DNA of 64,000 bases from Adineta vaga. Its lineage: Eukaryota > Animalia > Rotifera. The stretch lies in the NCBI GenBank assembly GCA_021613535.1, contig CP075493.1:12400001-12464000 (forward strand). Direction: 5' to 3'. Shown here one piece after another: positions 53,743 through 64,000 of this stretch; position 1 is the stretch's first letter, and every line of letters begins with the position of its first letter. The translations under genes were made by a program, and so were the position numbers. Under the pieces are notes generated by a model, which was not told where the DNA came from, made no database searches, and saw nothing but the letters and a program-made list of their open reading frames with translations.

Positions 53743-54916
53743 ATGGCTACAGCAAATCAAACAACACAACGTGTTTTAAATTCAAAAAATATAAAAAGAA
53801 TACATATCTTTGCAAAGGATGTTCAAATGAATATTGTCCAGAAGATTTAACTGAACATCAACAAATATTAAAGGAAGAATGAAATGTCATAGTTAAAGAT
53901 TGTAATCAATTTCAACGAACAATCAATGAACAAAAACGAAATTCACTAAATCATTCGTTAATTAAACAAATTGATGAATGGGAAACGAATTCAGTTGAAA
54001 TTATTCAACAAAAAACACAAGAATGCCGAAAAATCGTTGTTAAACATGCAGAAATTTTTCTTGATAATACTGAAAAGAAATTTCAAAATTTATCAATACA
54101 AATCAAAGAAATTTGTGAAGAAAATGAATTCAACGAAATTCATCTTGGTGATTTACGAGATGAACTGATAAGATTAACAAAACAATTAAATAAATCAATA
54201 AATATTTCTATTCAAGAAGATTTGTCATCATCATCAGGATTTATTCATGACATTTTAATTATTTCCTTAGCGAGTAAATTGATTTTTCCACCGAAAGAAA
54301 TTCTTTTTTGTTTGTGTTTTTAGAATCAAAATTCAACCAACATGGAACGATTGTAGCGGGTGGAAATGGACAAGGAAAAGAATTAAACCAACTCAATGCT
54401 CCTTGTGGAATTTTTATTGATGAAAACAAAATGATCTATATTACTGATCGAGAGAATCATCGTATTGTTCAATGGAAATGTGATGAAAACAAAGGAAAAG
54501 TGATTGCAGGCGGAAATCGAGGAAGAAACAGAATGAATGAACCAACAGATGTAATTGTTGACAAAAAAAACTCATGCACTGATCATTGCTGATCGAGGAA
54601 ATAAACGAGTCATTCAACGATTTGATGATAAGAACCAACAAATTCTTATTGAAAATATCAATTGTCATTTCCTAAAGGATTGTTTGTTGATCAATGGAAT
54701 CAAATGTATGTAGTAGATTCTAGGAATACTCGAGTAATACGATGGTGTGAAGGAGATGAAGAAAGTGAAATTATTCTTGATAGAAATGGAAGAGAAAATC
54801 AATTGAATAGTCCTGATGGTTTATCATTTGATATGGAAGGAAACCTTTATGTTTCTAATCGTGGGAATAATCGGATCATTCGATTTGATATGATTTGTGA
54901 TCGAACTTCTAATTAA
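53743..54916 (+). pseudogene. B-box-like/coiled-coil/NHL (TRIM-like) pseudogene
   Basis: CKGCSNEYC..DL.EHQ finger, coiled coil with internal TGA, NHL repeats with frameshifts and a deletion. Confidence 0.75.
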
Positions 54917-55056
54917 ATAATGCTTTTTTTGTTATTGAAAACTTTAAAAATAAATATTCTTGAAAAAAATTTCTTACAATTTTTCCAGTAAAACATAAAC
55001 AAGTAACATTCTTATAAAGATTCGCTCAGGTTCTTCTTTTATCTATTTATGAAGAA

Positions 55057-56176
55057 TTAGTCTTGTAAAATAATTGATTGCTCCGTTTGTTGAACAATAT
55101 TATTGATCATTTGAGTAAAAGGAGAAATATTCGATTTATATTCTAAAATCAAAAGAATATCTAAAAGACTTTTAATCATTGAAGAATAACGAATAACTGA
55201 TTCTTTAAAACCAAATTGATAATTTAAATAATTCCATAATAAAGAAACACAAATATCTTGAATAAACATGCAATTAGATAAATAAGCTAAATCTTTATCT
55301 AAAGGATTATAATTCACAATTGAATAATTACTTGAATATGTTATTATAAATAACATTAGTTTAATAGATAATCCATTGGAATCTAAATTTTCATTCATTA
55401 AAGTAATTTTCTTCAAAATATTTTCATCATATAAATCAATAAATGACATTTGAAAATCTTTATTATTCCAAATATTTGATTGATATGGCAGATAAAGTGC
55501 TTTTAATGAACTTATTGCATAAATATTTCTATGAATGAGATATTGTTGTGTTTTTAATGGAATTAACGAAGAAAACGAAGATTTTTGAAATAAAACTTCC
55601 ATGGATGAAAAACAATGATAAAAACAATTCAATGCAAATGAAGACTTGATTCTTAATTTGATTGGTAGTGATGAACCTACTTGAAGTGACGATTGAATTT
55701 GATCGATAATACATTTTTCATTGAATATATGATGAATATTTGATAAAAGATTCCATTGATCATTTGTTAAATTTGAACAATCGTTTTCAAGTAAATTCAG
55801 CAGTTTAGGCTTGAAAATTAAATTTACAATTTGATTAAAAACAAATCTTTGATTATCTTACTTTTGTTAATTGATATTGATTAAATGAACGAATTAATTC
55901 ACTTTTCATTCCAAGTAGAAGACATTTCTTTAATCGACATGAAGTACATTTCATACGTTTTTCCTTATTGATTTCACAAGTTGAAGATTTCGAACATTGA
56001 AAGGAATTCTAAAAGAAAAATCGTTTCGTTTTAGATTCAAATTCTAATTGACTTACAGCTGGTTTTAAAGCATTCCTTCGAAAAAAAGATTTAGAAGACA
56101 TACAAGTCATTACACCAAAATTCATTCCACGAGCTCTATCGCCACAGATACGACAGATCAATTGATTTGAAACCAT
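55057..56176 (-). pseudogene. Divergent nuclear receptor (C4 DBD plus LBD-like), probably disabled
   Basis: CRICGDRARGMNFGVMTCMSSKSFFRR and second finger CTSCRLKKC..GM; 3 exons; frameshift in the A-run near 55713-55717. Confidence 0.75.
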
Positions 56177-56653
56177 TTTCTATATTATTTTATTGAATGG
56201 GATACTTTCTTTTTCTTTCTGCATACATTCGAGAATATTCGAGAATATTAAAAATCAAGCACTAGAAAATATTAAAATGACGTTAGATTCATACGGATGA
56301 CTGAAAAGAAGAGGAGTTTCTTTATCCTATGGTATCTTCTGACATATTAATCGAAAAACGAGCCATGTAAAATCTTATAGTTTGAGAAACTTTGCTCTTC
56401 TTTTATATAAAAATATAGCTCATGATTTTTAATCGTATATAATGTTCTTCTTTTTTCTTGTGAATCTGAATGTAAATTTTTCTATCAATGAACACATCAT
56501 TCATACTTGAGAGATATTCATTTTTGACAAGTATACAATTGTATATTAATATCGAATTCTCTCCTCCAACATTTATTTATTTTCATAAAATTATATATCG
56601 ATCAAACCAGATATTCTTATACAAGCAATCGCTTTTGTTAGAAAACTTTAGTT

Positions 56654-58364
56654 TTAATGTTTATTACTCATATTCTTTTGGATTTTCTGTATTAATTCTT
56701 CTGGAGTATCGGTAATAACTAATCGATATTGCCAATCGTTGAGATTGAATAATGGTGCTTGATTTTGTAAATGATGTTTTAAACCGGCTTTGTCTTGAGT
56801 AAAAACAAGAATAGGAATATGATGTAAACCATAATTATTCAAAAATTGTAATAAATTTAATGGATTTTTATTTTCAGATTTATAATAACCACGACAAATA
56901 ATTTGAAATTTTGATGAGAGTTTCATTTCATTCATATGATCCCATAAATAATTTTCTGCTTTCGATAAAGTTTCACAAAAAAGCATTTCAGTTTTGTTAT
57001 TATTTGTTAATTGTTTTACTATACGAAGATTATCTTCATTTTGCTGATCAATCCAAAGAACAGAATACTTCGATACGATCTGAAGTTGTTTATTATCATT
57101 ATGCTCCGGACTTGATTGCTTCGGTGAAGAAGAAGAAGATGATAATATTCTATCTTTCCATATTGTACTAAACTGATCAAAAATATTATAAATCTTCCAA
57201 AAAAAAGTATAATGATATTCATCTTCCGGCATTTCCGATGAGCCAAAATATGCCTTACTCTTCAGAATTTTCGATTGATGTGAACTCGAAATAAGTTTAT
57301 TTCCTGGTTGGCGAGAATCATCTGCAACGATTTTTATGGCAGTTAAATCAAAACATAAGTCCGGATTTGTCATATAATCATACGGAATATAACAATAACC
57401 TTTATGACCCTAAAAAAGTTTGATGATGTGATTATATGGATAAACAGAAAAATTTCAGACAAAATTAAGTTTACCCAACGTTCACCCCATGAATTTCTAA
57501 CAATGAAACGTCGCATGTCATCGTCGTATCCAACTGCCAACATCGCATGACCGTCGTGACCTTTTGCTGTGGGTTCAGAACGTGGTCTAGGTATTGGTAC
57601 ATATCCTCCATTCTTTTTAGCTGTTAAAAATGATTGAAATAGTTTAATACCAAATACAAATGGAAATCCTTCAGCTAGACATGCTTTCATTTCATCCAAA
57701 TTTAAATTTACATTCATTGCTTTTCTGATACGATAATTTGCAGCTTCAACATAACAGTAATGTGGTGGTTTTTTGTCAATATTTGCTAAAACGTATGGAT
57801 ATGTTTTTTCTTTACAACATCCAAACTCTGCTAATGCATCGATACCACTTCGTATACCAGTACCATTGTCATCCATCAAGTATTCTTTAACTCCATCTTT
57901 ACATCGAGCATTGTAATAAATAAATAGACGGCTAACATCAATATGCTTTCCCGAACGTTTCTTTATTAAAAATTCATATGCACCTAAACGAAAATATGTA
58001 ACATCAATACATCAATATCATGAAATTCTACCTGCTAATGCGTTGGCGACACTAAAATATGGTATGGTTTCGATAAAAGTCTATTGAAAAAGAAATTGTA
58101 CAAATCTTACCATGATCTAGTATTGTCTTGATTTTCAACTGGTGTCATCAGTGGTCTTAGATCTACAGTTTGTGGTAAACTTTTACTTGAAAGATGTCGA
58201 GAGGCTCCAAATTTCGGTAAATTTAATGGTTCATCACTTCTTCTACATCCTCCAACTAGATGTTCTTCTCCAGTATCTGGATCGATTAACGATCCCTTTC
58301 GAGCTGTAAGATTGATTTTATTTGTAGTATTCTGAAGATCGTTTCGAAAGAAATATTTTTCCAT
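56654..58364 (-). CDS. C1A papain-family cysteine protease of bacterial/xylellain type with C-terminal extension (4 exons)
   Basis: Exons 58364-58111, 58051-58032, 57983-57475 and 57409-56654 give VDLR..Q..RSCVANA, SRLFIYYNAR, GHAMLAVGY, RNSWG and GYCYIPY. Confidence 0.88.
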
Positions 58365-58712
58365 TTATTTCACTGAAACATGAAAGAAAATCTACTGATC
58401 TTTATATAATCGACCTCCTCTAGATCATACAATAATCTAATGTAGAAATAATTAGATTATTGTACAATAATTTTCATTTGATCGATATGATCACAAGTCC
58501 CCAAAGAAAGTAATGTAAAATTAATCGAAGTTCGTGATTCATTCTCATATATTTTTCGAAGATGAATAAGACTTATGTGAACACACTCACATGCTCGCCC
58601 ATATTAAACAGACGAATGTTATTTTCCTAGCTCGATAATTTATTCTATTTCAATACATTTATATGCAATACGATATTATCATTCACATTCGTAGTTGTAA
58701 AAAACACATAAA

Positions 58713-61300
58713 TTATTCGATTCTATCGTCCAGTTCTTTCAACGATTCAATATTACACCTATGATGATAATTATTATCTTTAGACAAAATCTTCAAAGTC
58801 TTGAGTGTCTATGTGTAAAAAAAACGATCAATAGGAGTAAAGCGAAAAGGACAAGAGAATTACTTTGTTGTGCTTCAAAGCTTCAGCAAGATATTGTGCT
58901 CCGACATCATCGAAATAATTCCCTGCAAGGTTCAGTTTAGTGAGTGTCTGTTTGTTTGTTGAAAAGAAAATGAACTTATGAAAGAAATAATGTTAGAATA
59001 CGAATTATACTTTGTTATATTTTAAGGCATCGGCGAGATATTGTACACCAGTATTTCCCAATATATTATAATCCAAGTTTAGTGTAGTGAGTGTCTGCAT
59101 GTAGAGAAGAAGATAAAAATGTTGAAAAGATAAAAATGCGATGAATCTCGCACCTTGTTATATTTTAAGGCATCGGCGAGATATTGTGTGGCAGCATCTC
59201 CAAGCTTATTCTGTCGTAAGTCTAGAAAAATGAGTGTCTGTGCATAAAGAGGAGAATCAATGCAAAGAGAAGTGAGATAAGAAATATAATGAGGATTACT
59301 GTATTATTTTTTAACGCATCAGCGAGATGTCGTCCACCCTCAACTCCAATAAAGTTGTCACCATAATAGTTAGTGCTAATATGTAAGTTCATGAGTGTCT
59401 GTGTGTAGAGGAAAAGTTAAATGAGTATACAAAAGAAAAGAAATGAATAGAGAAAATGAATTACTTTATTATATTTTAAGGCATCAGCAAGGTATTGTAT
59501 GCCAATATCACCGATGTCGTTATCCCAGAGGTTCAATGTAATAAGTGTCTATGTGTAGAGAACAAGATGAGTATGTTTGAGAGATGAGAATAGAATGGCA
59601 ATCACTGTGTTATATTTTAGCACATCAGCAAGATGTTGAGCCCCAATATTATTCAATCTATTATGTTCAAAGCTAAGTGCAGTAAGTGTCTGTACATAGT
59701 GAACAAGATAAATGTGATAGAGTTTAGGATACGATGGGAAAATCACCGTATTATATTTTAAAGCTTCAGTAAGATATTGTATCTCACGATCTGAAAACCA
59801 GTAGAAGAAATATAATGAGGTGAGTGTCTGTCAGTAAAGAAGAAGATGAACATGAACATGAACAAGATGAAGATACGATGAAAATCACCATGTTATATTT
59901 TAACGCATTAACAAGATCTGGTACGACATTATCATTATTCGGATGGCACACAAAATCGATGGTGGTAAGTGTCTATACATAGGAAATAAGATGAACACAA
60001 GTGAAATAAAATTTGAATAAGAAGCACTTTATTGTTTCTTAAGCCATCAAGAATACGATGAACTCCTATAGGGCTGATAGAATTTCCACAAAGATTCAGT
60101 GTAGTGAGTGCCTACACATAGAAATAGAAATCATATAAAAGTGATGAAACTAATATAAGACTCACGTTGTTTTTATGCAAAGCATCAGCAAGAGCTTTTA
60201 TCCCATTATCATGGATTTTGTTGGCACATATGTTCAGCATAACGAGCGTCTATGTGCATAGAGAAGACACAGATGAAGAAGAAAACCCTACGAAAAAATT
60301 ACCGAGTTGTTTTTTAATGCATTCGCGAGATATTGTGCTCCAGCATCTTGGATTTTATTGTGCTCAAGGTTTAGATTGCTCAGTGTCTGCATGATGAGGT
60401 AAATATAAAGATGAATATATGAAGGAAATCACCTTATTATATTTTAAAGCATCAGCAAGATACTGCACTCCAATATCACTGATGCTCTCCATCGCACGGA
60501 GACTCAGTGTGGTGAGTGCCTATCAGTATAGGAGAAGATAAACATTCGGGAGAGACGAAAAGAGCATGGAAATTACTGTGTTCATTCTTAAGCCATCAGC
60601 AAGATATTGCATACCAGTATTGGTGATTAGATTTCGATCAAAAATCAGTGTGGCGAGTGTCTATAAATGGATAAAAACGTGTATATGAGAGAATTAAGAA
60701 ACGATAGAGAATCACTGTATTATTCTTTAGCATATTCCCAAAGTTTTGAAACCCAACATCTTGAAAGACACATCGATAATAATTGGCCCCGCTAAGATCG
60801 AGTACGGTGAGTGTCTATTCGTCGAGACGAAGAGGAATATATGAGACAAACCAAAATACGATGAGAAAAACCTTATTGTATTTTAAAGCATTAGTGAGAT
60901 GTTGTGCTCCAGCATCGGTCATTTGACTACCCGTTAGATCAAGGGTGGTGAGTGTCTATGTGTACAGAGAAAAACATGTATTTGAAAGGAACAAAAGTAG
61001 AAGATGAATAACCGTATTATTTCTCAATACACCCGCCAGTTGTGGTATATCATTGTCACGAATTTGTTTACAGAACGTGTTAAGTGTCTATATGTATAGA
61101 AGAGAATGAAATTAAGGACTATTTAAAAAAAAAGAAAATGAGTTTACCTGATAACGATGATAACTATCTACGATATTGTTAAGCCGTGTACAGACGTTTC
61201 GCATGGAAAATATGATATTGAAATCATCGAGACGATCGAGAATTTTGTAGACTAATTCCACCGGTAATGTGTATAGAGAAACAGTGCCGTTGTTTGACAT
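58713..61300 (-). CDS. F-box plus RI/NLRC3-type LRR protein, 18 exons, one LRR per exon
   Basis: F-box exon (LYTLPVELVYKILD), 16 phase-0 exons of 75-99 nt (mostly 84) encoding TLTTLxLxxNxIxDxGxQxLADALKxNx, and a terminal exon. Confidence 0.88.
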
Positions 61301-61469
61301 CACTGAAAATAGATTCTTCGATATTATATTCGAAAAGAAACAATCGTTAAAGATATAACGTTTTCTTTCTATTTTATCAAGTGTATAATGAAATGAGATA
61401 AGAAGATTTTTTTCTTAAAAAGATAAATCACACTGTAATAAAACTCTCTAAAATTAATAAAGACGAGAT

Positions 61470-63211
61470 CTATTGTAAAGTACATGATTGTAACGAGAAC
61501 CAGACCGACATTGATTCATTGTTAGATATCTAAAAAGAAAAACAAATTCGATAATTATCGATGAAGTTTCAATACATTTAAAAAACATACATTTTCATTG
61601 CTCATCCATAGATAGATGGTGTCGTTGAAAAATCTGAATGTAAAATTCTGGTTTGTTCTCAAACGTACAGAATTTTTCACTAGCCAATTATGATTTATTT
61701 TAAATGATCGTGATGACGGATGTCGGAATTCAAATTGTGCAATGGACAAATGTTTTAATTGATCGATTAATAGAAATAATTCATTGTAAGGTAATAATTT
61801 TGTCTTTAAACGCTCTAATCTAGGAAAAATAGTACATAATCGATTCGGAATATTTTCCAATTGGTCATATTCTTGTACGGATAAACTACGTATTTTTTCA
61901 AAGGTAATATTTCTTGGAAATTTCTTTAAAATGTAAAGATTTCGAAATGAAATCGAATGCAAATATTTCATTTGTTCAATAAGATGAATCAATGTATTTA
62001 TTTCTATATCATTTAGTATTCGATTTGTATCCATATTAAGTGATGTTATGTTCATAAATCGATGTGGTATCGAATTGAATACTGAACAATGAAGATATTT
62101 GATGTGCTGATCACATGAAAATTCAGGTAATGTAGAATCGAGTGGCCAGTTTGTATAAGGATACTTGACGATAGTCGATAGAAAACGTGGTATGGTGAAA
62201 ATCTCTCGTGTATCTGAATCGTCGTAGGCAACAAACCAACGTTTTTGCTCGAGCCAAAATATAGAACGAAATGATTGAAGAATCGTTTCTTCCGAAATAT
62301 GATGGAATGAATTGAAAAAACGAATTCGAAAATCGAATACAGATAGATTCAAAACAATGGGTTCCCATTGTTGACCATCAACCAGATCATCAGAGCCTTC
62401 AGTATTCAATTGGAAATGTTTTAAATTTGGAGTTTTCGACAACAATTCTTTCATTTGTCTCATCAATATTTTTTCGCCTTAATTGAAAAAAAAGGATTAA
62501 AATTCGATTGTATGTATTCGACTTACCATAAGTATTCAGTATCAATGTTTTTAGATGAGTCAGTAATGGAATATTATTCGACCAATTTGAGCCAATACCA
62601 CAAGTCAGTGTTATATCCAATGTTTGAAGATTCGGTATCATTGTAAATAGAGTTACTAACTGATGACAACTACAATATTTCAGATTCAAGTGATATAAAT
62701 CAGGCAATGAAATGTTTAAAAGATGATTGGTATTGTATGCCATCAATCGATTCAACCGAGGAAGTATATTTTTAATGATTATATAAATTTCTTGGTGATA
62801 CGGTTCGAATAGATGAGGTAGATCAAGTGATTTTAATTCTTTAAGTTGATGTAATTTGTTTAATTTCTTGAATGTATCACTGTTCATTAAACTCATATCG
62901 AATAAACGAAGACGAGTGAATTGATCGATTTTGAAATATGAAAAGAAAAGCTCAGATTGATCTGGTGTATCATCATCATCAGATAATACCAATGAAATAA
63001 TTTGATCTGGTCGTATAAAACGGCACGTAACATCAAAATGGCATTTAAGAACTGATCGAAAATTAACTAAATATCGATCATAACTAATTAGTATTTTATT
63101 AAAATAGTCCGTTACATTGGAAAATGCATAGATGATTTCATGTGCTGAAAGATAAATAAAAATCTCATGAACCAATTCGACAGGCAAACGATCTAGTAAG
63201 CATATTGACAT
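61470..63211 (-). CDS. F-box/LRR-like protein, 3 exons, C-terminal CaaX motif
   Basis: LDRLPVELVHEIF F-box, LRR-like body; introns ~62478-62526 and 61530-61590; last exon ends CTLQ*. Confidence 0.8.
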
Positions 63212-64000
63212 GATGTTTTATCTAAAATGAAAACGAAGTTGCCAGTAAAAATATGATATAGTAGATAATGAATCATACCGAATATATTTGCTCTTCTCTC
63301 TTGACGAATGATTCTACATATAGAACACAAAAAACAACGCGGTATGTTTGTCGTTCTGTTTAAACGTCACTGAAAACGTGTTTTTTATTTCTACTATGAT
63401 CAAAGTAATTCAATTCTTTTTCAAACCCAAAAATTTCATTCTGGTTATATAGTTCACGTTGAAAGATTAACCAGCATATATTATATTTACCCCTCTATCT
63501 GTTAATTAGAAACGATATATTATGTTACTTATAATTTAAAATTGCAAAATATTTTTCAATCACGCGGGTAAACAAAATCAACATGAGCAGAAAACTAAGC
63601 TTAATTTCTCTAAATCATATGTAAATACAGCTATTCAAAGTTAATCGATAATAAGTTAATTTGTAATTTCAATCTCACAATATAAGAACACAAACAATAC
63701 TATGCATACTCATCCGATCCGATAGAAAACTACTTGGTCTCTTTTCAAAATATCGATCAACTAAGATCCAGAGTTAACTGGACACGCCTTCGTCGCAACA
63801 CTACAGAGACCGAATTCGAGCAAAAAGATATTAATCGATAAAATTTTAAAAATAATCTCATTTCGTTTTGTAAAATGAGAATGATTTTTGATTGACTTTT
63901 CAATGATCATTTACAATAACATTTAAGTTTCGTATTTTTTCTTATTCTTATCATATAATCACATGCCATTTTCTATACTAATCATTGTACATGGATAATT

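Noticed and set aside
58800-61090. Regularly spaced repeats resembling a CRISPR array
   Set aside because: The repeats are splice sites plus LRR framework codons; every unit translates as an LRR; no cas genes

Overview
AT-rich eukaryotic genomic DNA with short (~50-60 bp) GT-AG introns. The gene families (orphan 7TM receptors, NHL repeats, ART domain, F-box/LRR, divergent nuclear receptor, bacterial-type enzymes) and Asn-insert Penelope elements point to a bdelloid rotifer (inference). Window content: a membrane-anchored flavin amine oxidase, GPCRs, a tandem duplication of a fuseless-like gene, a GNAT, a secreted Cys-rich prepropeptide, a TE-dense block (foldback element, MITEs, MULE, piggyBac, a head-to-head Penelope-like retroelement pair), TRPA-like and PGM2 genes, then a defence-like cluster (NHL, ART, TRIM-like pseudogene, nuclear receptor, C1A protease, an 18-exon F-box/LRR gene that the ORF track largely misses, and an F-box/LRR gene ending in a CaaX motif). 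The most notable hidden structure is three variant hammerhead ribozymes (U3:A8 core) at the Penelope termini, with sequence homology switching at the predicted cleavage site. Exon boundaries and identities were read by eye and are approximate.
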